From contig JAAZAU010000012.1 in NCBI GenBank assembly GCA_012514175.1, positions 110,897 to 174,896 of the forward strand: 64,000 nt of DNA, in the 5' to 3' direction. This document shows, in pieces, positions 11,169-20,159 of the stretch. The notes under the pieces are model-generated. The model did not search any database. It saw nothing but the letters and a program-made list of their open reading frames with translations, and was not told the DNA's origin. Origin of the DNA: Parcubacteria group bacterium. Its GTDB lineage: Bacteria; Patescibacteriota; Minisyncoccia; Phycocordibacterales; WO2-35-19. A program made the translations under genes and the position numbers. The stretch's first letter is position 1. Each line of letters begins with the position of its first letter.

Positions 11169-11305
11169 ATTAAAATAACAATATTATTCCCGTTTTTTCC
11201 GCTCAAGCCTTTAAATAAGTGATGTATGGACTTTTTTGTTTAAATACTGTATACTTATAAAACAGTCTAAAAAACACAGAAAGACAACGTAATTTTGAGC
11301 AAGTT

Positions 11306-12010
11306 ATGGCAATAAAATACAATTACTTTACCCCGCTGATAATGCAAAAAATTAGTTATTGCTTATTTTGGCCATTGTATAAAGTCTTTGCCAGATTAAA
11401 AATTACCGGAAGAGAAAATTTAATAGGTTTGAGGGGTCCGGTTATCTTAGCCTCAAACCACACTAGTGAATTAGATGTAACGGCACTGCCTATGGTACTG
11501 CCGTTTTTTTCTTCTCTTTCGCCAATATATTTCATTTCAAACGCTACTAAAAAATACAGAGAGAACAAAAAATTTGGTTGGAGAAGACATATTTATGGAG
11601 GTCTTTTCTTTAAAGTTCTCGGCGGTTTTTCAAGCAATTCTGGATTCAAAGATTACGCCACAGCTTTAAAAAATCACGTTGAATTACTTACAAAGGGTCA
11701 CACTCTTTGCATATTTCCAGAAGGCAAATGCACCCTTGATGGCAACATCGGTTTAGCGCGCGGAGGTTTGGGTTATTTGGTTCACACAACTCGGGCAACC
11801 GTTGTGCCCATCGCCATAAATACATTTTTTAAATTTTCTTTTAAAGATTTCCTTTTCAGAAAAAGAAAAATTTCAATTACTGTCGGCAAACCTCTTCAAG
11901 CTGAAGACATCGTTCTCCGCGGAGTTACAAACCCCGATGTAGAAGAATATCGCTTTATGGCCAATACTGTTTTGAATAAAATTAAAGAAATAATGAATCA
12001 AAAATTATGA
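11306..12010 (+). CDS. PlsC-family (lysophospholipid) acyltransferase
   Basis: NHTSELD (HX4D), IFPEG, VVPIAI. Confidence 0.88.
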   Translation: MAIKYNYFTPLIMQKISYCLFWPLYKVFARLKITGRENLIGLRGPVILASNHTSELDVTALPMVLPFFSSLSPIYFISNATKKYRENKKFGWRRHIYGGLFFKVLGGFSSNSGFKDYATALKNHVELLTKGHTLCIFPEGKCTLDGNIGLARGGLGYLVHTTRATVVPIAINTFFKFSFKDFLFRKRKISITVGKPLQAEDIVLRGVTNPDVEEYRFMANTVLNKIKEIMNQKL

Positions 12011-12063
12011 CATCCTCATCGCAGAAAAGCGATATTTCAACCTCATCTGAAAAAGAAAAGGGT

Positions 12064-12483
12064 TTATAAAAGCTTTTTTATCTTGTCCAGCGAAGAATGA
12101 ACGGCTTGTATTTCTTCGATCACGCTATCTTTTCCTTTTGACAGACCCGAATGAAGTGCAAAGATAGAATCTCTTAATTCATCAGCTAGTCTTTTTCCGT
12201 CATCAATGTTACAAGTCTCTAAAAGTTCGGCCAAAAGACCGTTAGTGGAAACGTTTAAGTCGGGTTTATTTTGGTTGGTTAGAAGCATATCTTCAACTCC
12301 AAAAATAAAATCAGCATCCTCAATAAATTCAGCAAAAGGCAATTCTTCCCTTAATCTTTCTTCTGGTAAGTTAATTACCAATTCCAGCTCGGAGATAAAA
12401 GAGAGTAGTGTTTTTTTAATTTCACTTACCTGCTCTTTTTCTTTTGTGTGCGCTAATTCGTAACCGATTTTTTTGTAATTCAT
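12064..12483 (-). CDS. Hypothetical acidic helical protein
   Basis: ORF; ATG at 12483 is 6 nt after TATAAT on the - strand. Confidence 0.6.
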   Translation of the reverse strand: MNYKKIGYELAHTKEKEQVSEIKKTLLSFISELELVINLPEERLREELPFAEFIEDADFIFGVEDMLLTNQNKPDLNVSTNGLLAELLETCNIDDGKRLADELRDSIFALHSGLSKGKDSVIEEIQAVHSSLDKIKKLL

Positions 12484-12500
12484 AGTTAGATTATATAAAG

Positions 12501-12533
12501 ATAGGTGACACAAAACAAATCTGTGTCACCTAT
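12501..12533. repeat. Perfect 12-bp inverted repeat
   Basis: ataggtgacaca-N9-tgtgtcacctat. Confidence 0.8.
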
Positions 12534-12689
12534 AAAACCTTGTCAACTTTTGGAGGATAGAATCCATGGTTTCTTCAGATATACTATTATACAGCAATAT
12601 GAATTACAAAAATAAGGCGCACGAGAATATAAAAATTTTTGAAGAAATTATTGGAAAAACTTTTTTCTATAAAAATTGAATATTTTTTC

Positions 12690-12788
12690 ATGAAAATTTT
12701 TGTTACAGGAGGAACAGGTTTTATTGGTAGACGACTCGTAGATCGTCTTTCTAAAAATAAAAACAATCAAGTTTTTATTCAAAAATAA
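12690..12788 (+). pseudogene. N-terminal remnant of an NAD-dependent epimerase/dehydratase (extended SDR)
   Basis: Translated by hand: MKIFVTGGTGFIGRRLVDRLSKNKNNQVFIQK*; TGGTGFIG Rossmann motif, stop after 32 aa. Confidence 0.8.
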
Positions 12789-12815
12789 AAAGGATATTTT
12801 AGCCCTAATGATAAA

Positions 12816-12848
12816 AAGTCCTCGCTCTCTTTGTTAGAGCGAGGACTT
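12816..12848 (-). terminator. Terminator of the ATP-grasp gene
   Basis: aagtcctcgctct-N7-agagcgaggactt with T tract on the - strand. Confidence 0.8.
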
Positions 12849-12862
12849 GAGGTGTTGTATCC

Positions 12863-13810
12863 TCACAAATTTTTTTTGAAATATTCGACAATTGAATCAC
12901 GGATTGAGCCGTCATAGAGATAGTCGACCCACCACCATGCACCACAAGTGTTTATCTCAAGAAAATAAAGGTTGCCCTCGCTGTCTTCCATAAAATCTGC
13001 TGAACAATATTCAATAGATAATCTCTTCATGAGAATACGAAGTTGGCTTGTTGTCTTGTCATCAAAGTCGCAAGGTTTGAATGACACTCCTGTCGATCCA
13101 CACCTTCGGATGTCCTCAAGCTGCTGTTCGTTTGGTTCACAACAAGCTGCAAAAACATCATCTCCAACAACTACAACACGGTAGTCTTTTTTACGAACTC
13201 GATACTCTTGATATATAACCGGGCAAAATTGAAGATCGGCATCTTTTTTCAGCCAATCTTCCGGGACAATTTTAGTGTATGCCGCCATGGTTTCTCCTGG
13301 TAAAACAACCCAGGGGGTTGCCAGATTTTTGGCGACCGTTAGGTTTTTTTCTGAAAATGCCCTAATGTCTTTTGGTGTATTGGATATCAACGTAATTGGT
13401 ATCTTTAGTCCAGCCGATTTTGCATACATAAGCTGAAGTGGTTTGTTTGCGGCATAGATTATGTTTTTTGGGCTGTTTAGCCACGGCACACCAAGCAAAT
13501 CAAATATCGCAAACTGCGCAGCCCAAAGACTTCTACGTTGCAGATTTTCTCCGACAGAAGATTTTTGGTTCAAATACGGAGGAAGCTGTTGGCACCAACC
13601 GATTCCAATATGAGAACAGTTTATCTCCCGCCCATCGCAGAAAAGCGATATTTCAGTCTTATCACCATCAATAGCTAGAGAAACCTCAGATGCGTTTTCT
13701 TCCGCATCACAATTGAAACGGAATACAGGTACGCCATCCTGGCGAAGAGCATCAATCACAGTGTCGGCTTCAAAACCACGCTGGTGCGTTACGATCAAAA
13801 CGGTTTTCAT
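12863..13810 (-). CDS. ATP-grasp ligase, MvdC/MvdD-like (graspetide maturase / RimK superfamily)
   Basis: VLIVTH..ADTVIDAL..PVFRFN N-terminus, ANKPLQL..A..GLKIPITLISN, PVIYQEY..KKDYRVVVVG, YFLEINTCGAW; SD AAGGAAGG. Confidence 0.85.
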   Translation of the reverse strand: MKTVLIVTHQRGFEADTVIDALRQDGVPVFRFNCDAEENASEVSLAIDGDKTEISLFCDGREINCSHIGIGWCQQLPPYLNQKSSVGENLQRRSLWAAQFAIFDLLGVPWLNSPKNIIYAANKPLQLMYAKSAGLKIPITLISNTPKDIRAFSEKNLTVAKNLATPWVVLPGETMAAYTKIVPEDWLKKDADLQFCPVIYQEYRVRKKDYRVVVVGDDVFAACCEPNEQQLEDIRRCGSTGVSFKPCDFDDKTTSQLRILMKRLSIEYCSADFMEDSEGNLYFLEINTCGAWWWVDYLYDGSIRDSIVEYFKKNL

Positions 13811-13880
13811 TGGAACCTTCCTTTCTTTTTATAAAGAACGAGTTTGACTGCTTTCTTAATAATATGATATAATGGTCACT

Positions 13881-15713
13881 ATGTCAAATGAAAAAGAAAA
13901 ATGGATGCAGAGGTTTTATGACCCGACAATATTTTGTATAAATCCTGCACGTAGCACGCCACACAAAACCATTATGGTTTCCAATATTTCTGGAAAGTTC
14001 CAACTTCATTCTTATGATTTTATTACAGGATTTTCTCGCCAAATAACGAACAAGCCCCAAGGCGCGCTTTTTGGTTCTATCTCTCCAGACGGAAAGTTCA
14101 TCTATTACTTAAATGATGGTCACGGTAGTGAACATGGTCATTTTGTGCGTGTGCCTTTTGTTGGTGGACGTGCAATAGACATAACTCCGTCTCTCCCGCT
14201 TTATTATTCATACGAAGTTAGTGTAAATAATGCCTGTAACCTATTATGTTTCCATGCGTCAATAGAAGATAAAAACAAAGTATACATCGTGCCTTTTGAC
14301 ACGAAGGGGAAGCCTTTGTCGCCTTATCTTTTATACGAATCAAACAAATCTATCCAAGGATCAATAATGAGTCCAGATGGAAAGTTCACCTGTATTTCAT
14401 TGTTGTCCGGCAAAAGCATAACCTCTTCCGATATACTTGTATTTGATAACACAACACGTAAAATCGCTTATTCATTTCATAATATTAAAGGTTCGTTCTT
14501 TCCTTACGCTTTTTCTGAATATTCGTCTAAGCTGAAAGTGCTAGGTCTTTCAAATGGTTCAGGATTTTATCGCCCTATTTTATTTAATCTTAAAGAAAAA
14601 ACGTCTAAGGAAATAAATAACTCTGCACTTAAGGGCGATGTTTTTGTTTTAGGATGGATTGAAAAAGAAAGAAAAATGCTGATCTCTGATGTGCATCAAG
14701 CCCAACAGAGTTTGTTTCTTTATGATTTAGAGAAAAACATCGTCAAAAAAATCGGTCCAACTACTGGCACTTTTGATCTATTCTTTAACTCAGTCGCGGT
14801 ATTACCTGACTCATCTCTCCTTATAAAATGGCACTCTTTTGAATCTCCACCGAAAATTTTAAAACTAAAATCTCCTTCATACAAAAAAATAATTGACGTA
14901 TATACGCCTGTTCCGACGACTAAATCTAAATACATACACAAAAATGTAAAATTCCGTTCGTCAGATGGCAAAGAGGTGCAGATGTGGATTGTTCAGCCCA
15001 AGAAGAAGAAAAAAAGACCTTTTGTAATTGATATCCATGGCGGACCGCACGGGTTTGTCGGTGACGAATTTTCTCCAAAAACTCAAGCATGGCTAGATAA
15101 AGGTTTTGGATATTGCGCCGTAAATTACAGGGGTTCAATAGGGTTTGGAAAAGAATTTATGGAGGGCATATATGGCAATCCTGGAACGTGGGAAGTTGAG
15201 GATGTTGTAGCTGCCCGTAATTGGCTTGTTAAAAAAGGGCTGGCGGATTCAAAGAAGATTATTCTCTCCGGTTGGTCTTGGGGAGGCTACATAGTGCTCC
15301 TTGCTCTTGGTAAGTATCCGAATTTATGGGCTGGGGGGATAGCAGGGACACCTATTGCAGATTGTGTTCTCCAATATGAAGATGAGCCAGCATATTTTCA
15401 AGCAATTGACAGAAAGAGATTTGGAGGTACGCCAGCTCAGAAACCAAAAATATACAAGAACAGTTCTCCAACAACTTACGCCAAAAACTTCCAAGCCCCC
15501 GTTCTTATTCTGTATGGGGAAAATGATGTCCGTTGTCCGCCGAGACAAATTAAACATTTTGAGAAAATACTCAGAAAAGCGAACAAGCGCATCATTGTTA
15601 ATAAATTTTCCTCAGGTCATGCCGGTGAATTTGCTAATACTAAAATCCGTATTGCCAATACGAAAAAAGCTCTTGATTTCGCTGTTAACACAATAAAAGA
15701 AGCCTCTACCTAA
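13881..15713 (+). CDS. S9-family prolyl oligopeptidase / acylaminoacyl peptidase
   Basis: Propeller-type SPDGK repeats, HGGP, NYRGSIGFG, nucleophile GWSWGG, ENDVRC, SGH. Confidence 0.92.
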   Translation: MSNEKEKWMQRFYDPTIFCINPARSTPHKTIMVSNISGKFQLHSYDFITGFSRQITNKPQGALFGSISPDGKFIYYLNDGHGSEHGHFVRVPFVGGRAIDITPSLPLYYSYEVSVNNACNLLCFHASIEDKNKVYIVPFDTKGKPLSPYLLYESNKSIQGSIMSPDGKFTCISLLSGKSITSSDILVFDNTTRKIAYSFHNIKGSFFPYAFSEYSSKLKVLGLSNGSGFYRPILFNLKEKTSKEINNSALKGDVFVLGWIEKERKMLISDVHQAQQSLFLYDLEKNIVKKIGPTTGTFDLFFNSVAVLPDSSLLIKWHSFESPPKILKLKSPSYKKIIDVYTPVPTTKSKYIHKNVKFRSSDGKEVQMWIVQPKKKKKRPFVIDIHGGPHGFVGDEFSPKTQAWLDKGFGYCAVNYRGSIGFGKEFMEGIYGNPGTWEVEDVVAARNWLVKKGLADSKKIILSGWSWGGYIVLLALGKYPNLWAGGIAGTPIADCVLQYEDEPAYFQAIDRKRFGGTPAQKPKIYKNSSPTTYAKNFQAPVLILYGENDVRCPPRQIKHFEKILRKANKRIIVNKFSSGHAGEFANTKIRIANTKKALDFAVNTIKEAST

Positions 15714-15734
15714 AATAGATTTGATAGAGGCTTC
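15699..15734 (-). terminator. Terminator hairpin with T tract on the - strand
   Basis: gaagcctcta-N16-tagaggcttc. Confidence 0.65.
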
Positions 15735-15744
15735 AAAGGAAGAA

Positions 15745-15861
15745 TTATTCTTCCTGGTTGTGCTTGACCGGACTCATCACAATCGGCTTGCGGTGAGACC
15801 ATGTCTGAGTACTCGGTGTCATAGTTAAACTGGTTGACACGGCCTTAATTGTTGTCATCAT
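15745..15861 (-). other. Small transcribed unit: 38-aa Thr/Ser-rich ORF or structured RNA
   Basis: MMTTIKAVSTSLTMTPSTQTWSHRKPIVMSPVKHNQEE*; the same DNA forms several hairpins; TGTGGTATGAT promoter-like motif and a downstream terminator. Confidence 0.4.
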
Positions 15862-15971
15862 ACCACAACAATTTTGAGGAAATTACGCGGAGGATTTGGT
15901 TTATAAAAACTTTTTTTCTATCTTGTGATAATATAGATAAAAACGATGGATTTAAAAATTAATTAAAAATT

Positions 15972-16724
15972 ATGACCTCTCCACAATTAAAACAAAATAA
16001 TCCAAAAGAAAAAGAATGGAAAGAAAGCATTTTCCTACGACTTTCTTACTCCTTTCTCAAGGCCACTTTAGGCACATTAATCCGTTTAATTTGGGTAAAA
16101 AAAGTAGAGGGACTAGAAAATATCCCTAAAAAAGGTTCCGTAATAATTGCTTTTAACCACCAAAGTATTTTTGATTTTCTTTGTTTTATACCAATATTAC
16201 CGAGACATATTCATTATCTATCAGCTGAAAAATTTTTCTCACATCCTGTTTGGACCCCGCTCGTCAAAATGACTGGACAAATTAAGGTAGATCGCGTCAG
16301 TCGAGATAAGAGCATCTCACACCAAACTCTTTATAAATACCTAGCTAATAATAAAGTAATTGGTATTTACCCAGAGGGGACCCGATCGCCATTTGAGAAA
16401 GAAATGCTTTATGCTTTCACAGGTGTTGCTAAATATGCAATCAACGCACAAGTGCCGGTTATACCGGTTGGCATCAAGGGCACTTATGAAATTATGTCCC
16501 GACACGACAAAAAACCTAAATTTAAAAAACTAGCAACTTTTCACATTGGCAAACCAATAGATTTTACAAAATACCAAAGCGCAAACCTCAACAAAAAAGC
16601 TTACCGAGTTTTAACAGATAGAATTATGATGGAAATTTCAAAACTTTCGGGTAAAACTTACCCATATTACGGCAAGTTTAAAACTAAAAAACCCAAAAAA
16701 ACCACGGTTGAAACAAAGTGGTAA
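15972..16724 (+). CDS. PlsC-family acyltransferase
   Basis: NHQSIFD, KVDR, YPEGTRS, PVIPVGI. Confidence 0.92.
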   Translation: MTSPQLKQNNPKEKEWKESIFLRLSYSFLKATLGTLIRLIWVKKVEGLENIPKKGSVIIAFNHQSIFDFLCFIPILPRHIHYLSAEKFFSHPVWTPLVKMTGQIKVDRVSRDKSISHQTLYKYLANNKVIGIYPEGTRSPFEKEMLYAFTGVAKYAINAQVPVIPVGIKGTYEIMSRHDKKPKFKKLATFHIGKPIDFTKYQSANLNKKAYRVLTDRIMMEISKLSGKTYPYYGKFKTKKPKKTTVETKW

Positions 16725-16750
16725 AATTTAAAATAATTTAAAATAATAAT

Positions 16751-17659
16751 ATGGAAAAATTTACAAACAGTACAGAACAACGAGAAGACAGTTTTGAAAA
16801 ACAATTTTCAAATAGAGAGACCATAGAAGTTTTAGACGGAAAAGTTGAAGTTGTTGACATAATACCGGAAAATTTAGAGAAGGAAATTCCCGTCTTATTT
16901 GCTTCAGGTTGGGGTAACACCATCAAAAGCTACAAGGACTCAATGAAAATAATGAGCGAAAAAGGTAGGCGAGTTTTAGGAGTAGAGCACGCCAGACAAG
17001 GTATAAGTGAAAATTCCTTAAAAAACGAACAAACAGACGAAACAAAAAAATACCCAATAGAAGAACTCAGAAAAGCATTTTCTATTTTAGCCGTAATAAA
17101 CAAAAAAAATATAGAAAAAATAGATGTTATTGCTCATTCTGAGGGAGCGATAAATACAGCTATCGCTGCTTCAATAGAACCAGAAAAATTCAGCAGAATC
17201 GTTTTCCTAAATCCAGCCGGAATGATTGGTAAAGATAATTTTTATACTCTTACCAAACGATATATTTCTAATAATCTAAAAGAAACTAAAAATAATTTAT
17301 TTCAACAAACGGATAAAACCAGAAAAAAACGCTTCGCAAATTTTGCCAAAGAACAAATTACTTATATCATCAAAAACGTCATCAGAGCAAACAATGAATC
17401 TAAAGCCATATCAGAAACAGATGTAAGAGATTTATTAAAAGAGTTAAAGGGGTTAGGAATAAAAATTATAGTTGTAGCTGGTGTAGATGATGCCTTATAT
17501 CCAATAGAGAAAATAAATGCACACACCAAAGCAGAAGGTGTTGATGGTTTTCTTTCAGTTTTAGGTGGACATATAGAAATGAGTATGCAACCCGAAAAAT
17601 TTGTCCCCGCTATTGATTCTCTGCTCTCTAAAGAGGAAATCAACCGAGATTCTAACTAG
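16751..17659 (+). CDS. Alpha/beta hydrolase (lipase/esterase-like)
   Basis: SGWG oxyanion motif, AHSEG nucleophile elbow, GVDDALYP, GGH. Confidence 0.82.
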   Translation: MEKFTNSTEQREDSFEKQFSNRETIEVLDGKVEVVDIIPENLEKEIPVLFASGWGNTIKSYKDSMKIMSEKGRRVLGVEHARQGISENSLKNEQTDETKKYPIEELRKAFSILAVINKKNIEKIDVIAHSEGAINTAIAASIEPEKFSRIVFLNPAGMIGKDNFYTLTKRYISNNLKETKNNLFQQTDKTRKKRFANFAKEQITYIIKNVIRANNESKAISETDVRDLLKELKGLGIKIIVVAGVDDALYPIEKINAHTKAEGVDGFLSVLGGHIEMSMQPEKFVPAIDSLLSKEEINRDSN

Positions 17660-17819
17660 ATAATACTGTTTGTGGTATAATACTTATAAACAAATTAATT
17701 ATAATTTTAAAAGAATAAAATTAAACAACCAAAATAACAAAAATAGTTTTTGTTATTTTTAAAACTGTTTTTAGGTACATTTATTTGTTCAATTTAAGCA
17801 AGAGTGGTATAATACTTTT

Positions 17820-18479
17820 ATGAACGAACTAGTTATTTTTGATGTAGATGGAACTATTTTAAAAGGACAGAGTCAAAAATTGTTTCTAAACTACATGTTT
17901 AAAGAAAAGTACATTTCTTTATTTGGATTTATAAAACTGAATCTCTGGTTTATTTTTTATAAGTTAGATTTTATAAAAAATCCCTTACCCGCAATAAATT
18001 ATGCTTACAGTTTTTTGAAAGGTAAAAGCATTTCTGAAATAGAAAATTTGATAAATAATTTTTTCAATTCGATTTTAAAAAAATATATTTTTAAAGAAGT
18101 AATTGAGATCATAAATGACCATTTAAAAAATGGAAGAAAAGTTATCTTAGTATCAAATTCAGTTGATATTTTAATAAAAAAAATAGCTGAATATTTAAAC
18201 GTTTCTGATTTTATATCTACTAAATTAGAAGTTCAAAACGATAGATACACAGGAAAAATAATCGGAAGCATGATGTATGGTGAAAATAAAATTAAAGCCG
18301 TAGAACAATATGCGCAAAAGAATAATATTTCATTAAATAATTCTTGGTCTTATGCAGATCACTATTCTGACATACCTTTGTTATTGAAAACGACATATGT
18401 TTTTGTGGTTAACCCATCAAAAAAATTACAACAAATAGCTACAGAAAAAAATTGGCAAGTGTTACAATTTAACATATGA
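17820..18479 (+). CDS. HAD-IB family phosphatase (SerB-like)
   Basis: FDVDGT, LVSNS, GENK, YADHYSDIPLL, VNP. Confidence 0.9.
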   Translation: MNELVIFDVDGTILKGQSQKLFLNYMFKEKYISLFGFIKLNLWFIFYKLDFIKNPLPAINYAYSFLKGKSISEIENLINNFFNSILKKYIFKEVIEIINDHLKNGRKVILVSNSVDILIKKIAEYLNVSDFISTKLEVQNDRYTGKIIGSMMYGENKIKAVEQYAQKNNISLNNSWSYADHYSDIPLLLKTTYVFVVNPSKKLQQIATEKNWQVLQFNI

Positions 18480-20065
18480 ATATATTCGGAATAACAAGCT
18501 TGATGATATTCTTTGCAGGAATTGGCTTTGGTCTTTTTTTGTATTCATCTGACAGAACTTCAAAACTTAATAAATCTTGGTTTATAGTTTCAATTTTTAC
18601 AGCCTTATGGGGGTTATCACTTTTCGGGGTCACTTCCGCGGACACAGCAAACATTGCTATGAAATGGCAATGTTTGCTTGATGTGTCCGCTACTTTTATT
18701 CCAGTCACATATTTTTATTTCGTTTGTCAACTATTAAAAATAAAAAGAAAAGCCTGCAATAGATGTATTTTAATTTTGGGAATTGTAATAGCAATATTTT
18801 CCTTAACTCCTTATCACAAAACAGAAATTACTACAAGATATGGTTTTTTTTGGGTTGATCCGGGGGAATATTACTTCTTGTTTTCATTTTTCTTTGGAAT
18901 TGTAACTCTCACATCACTTTTCTTGTTAATACAAGGATACTTCAAAAACAGAAAAGAACCCCTGTTTAGAGCTCAAATAAGAAACACATTAATAGCGGGC
19001 ATAATAGGTTTTGGAGGAGGTATCACCAATTTCTTTCCACAACATATAGATATATACCCATATGGTAATTATTTTATTTTACTTTATGTGTTTTTCATGA
19101 GTTATGGAGTATTGAAATACAAATTACTAAACACAAAAATAATATCTGCTCAATTGTTAGCGGGAGCAATTGTTTTAATATTTTTATTTGATCTATTAAG
19201 ATTTAATTACAATTTATATGATTGGATTGTAAAATTTATATTATTTATACTTGTTTTGTTATTTAGTGTTTTCTTAATAAGAAGCGTATTTAAAGAAATA
19301 GAGCAACGTGAACATATAAAAAACCTCGCTAAAGATTTACAGGAAGCAAATGAAAAATTGAAAGAATTGGATCAAATGAAATCAGAATTTATGTCCTTAG
19401 CCACACACCAAATTAGAGCGCCACTGACCGCTATCCGAGGTTATTCTTCAATGCTTCTAGAAGGGGATTTTGGAGCTTTGCCAGCAAAGGCTGCCGATTC
19501 TATAGAAGTCATAACCAAATCCAGTCAAAACCTGATTGATATCGTGAACGATTTCCTCAACATTTCCAGAATAGAGCAAGGGAGAATGGTTTATGAAAAA
19601 AGTGTTTTTGATTTAGTGAAATTGGTAAAAGAAGTAGCGGATGAGTTGAGACCTAACATTAAAGACGCTGGGTTAGATTTGAAAATCAATATAATACCAA
19701 ACAATCTTTTTATGGAAGTGAACGGTGATAGAAACAAATTGAGACAAGTTTTCAGCAATCTTTTAGACAACGCCACCAAATACACACTGAAAGGTAGTAT
19801 TGAAATTTCTATTACAGAAGAAAATTCTAAAGCAAAGATAGAAGTAAAAGACACCGGTGTTGGCATAGACCCAGCAGAAACCGAAAAACTTTTCGGAAAA
19901 TTTAACAGAGCCAAGGACGCAAACAAAACCAATGTTATTGGCACTGGAATCGGTCTTTATCTTGCTAAAAAAATAGTGGAAGCTCACGATGGTCGTATCC
20001 AGGTTTTTTCAGAAGGTTTAGATCATGGCACCACTTTTACCATTGAATTACCTTTGGAAAAATAA
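18476..20065 (+). CDS. Membrane sensor histidine kinase with multi-TM N-terminus
   Basis: H-box ATHQIRAPL, NLLDNATKYT, DTGVGI, GTGIGL; ATGA overlap with the HAD gene. Confidence 0.94.
   Translation: MNIFGITSLMIFFAGIGFGLFLYSSDRTSKLNKSWFIVSIFTALWGLSLFGVTSADTANIAMKWQCLLDVSATFIPVTYFYFVCQLLKIKRKACNRCILILGIVIAIFSLTPYHKTEITTRYGFFWVDPGEYYFLFSFFFGIVTLTSLFLLIQGYFKNRKEPLFRAQIRNTLIAGIIGFGGGITNFFPQHIDIYPYGNYFILLYVFFMSYGVLKYKLLNTKIISAQLLAGAIVLIFLFDLLRFNYNLYDWIVKFILFILVLLFSVFLIRSVFKEIEQREHIKNLAKDLQEANEKLKELDQMKSEFMSLATHQIRAPLTAIRGYSSMLLEGDFGALPAKAADSIEVITKSSQNLIDIVNDFLNISRIEQGRMVYEKSVFDLVKLVKEVADELRPNIKDAGLDLKINIIPNNLFMEVNGDRNKLRQVFSNLLDNATKYTLKGSIEISITEENSKAKIEVKDTGVGIDPAETEKLFGKFNRAKDANKTNVIGTGIGLYLAKKIVEAHDGRIQVFSEGLDHGTTFTIELPLEK
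20017..20061 (+). repeat. Direct repeat copy 1 (3' end of kinase gene)
   Basis: 44/45 identical to 22227-22271; 39-bp perfect core TCATGGCACCACTTTTACCATTGAATTACCTTTGGAAAA. Confidence 0.92.
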
Positions 20066-20159
20066 TAGGGTAAAATTTGTATTCCATAATAAAAAATGTA
20101 AGTCTATACAAATTTGTAAAGTAGTCTAAAATCTAAAAAAATTGTATGATGCAACGTAT

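Noticed and set aside
12565-12672. 35-aa ORF MVSSDILLYSNMNYKNKAHENIKIFEEIIGKTFFL with GGAGGA upstream, as a RiPP precursor
   Set aside because: AT-rich like host DNA, no donor/acceptor residue pattern, and outside the ATP-grasp terminator
15735-15790. Hammerhead ribozyme (GTGATGAG resembles CUGAUGAG)
   Set aside because: Core C is missing and there is no GAAA after a stem II
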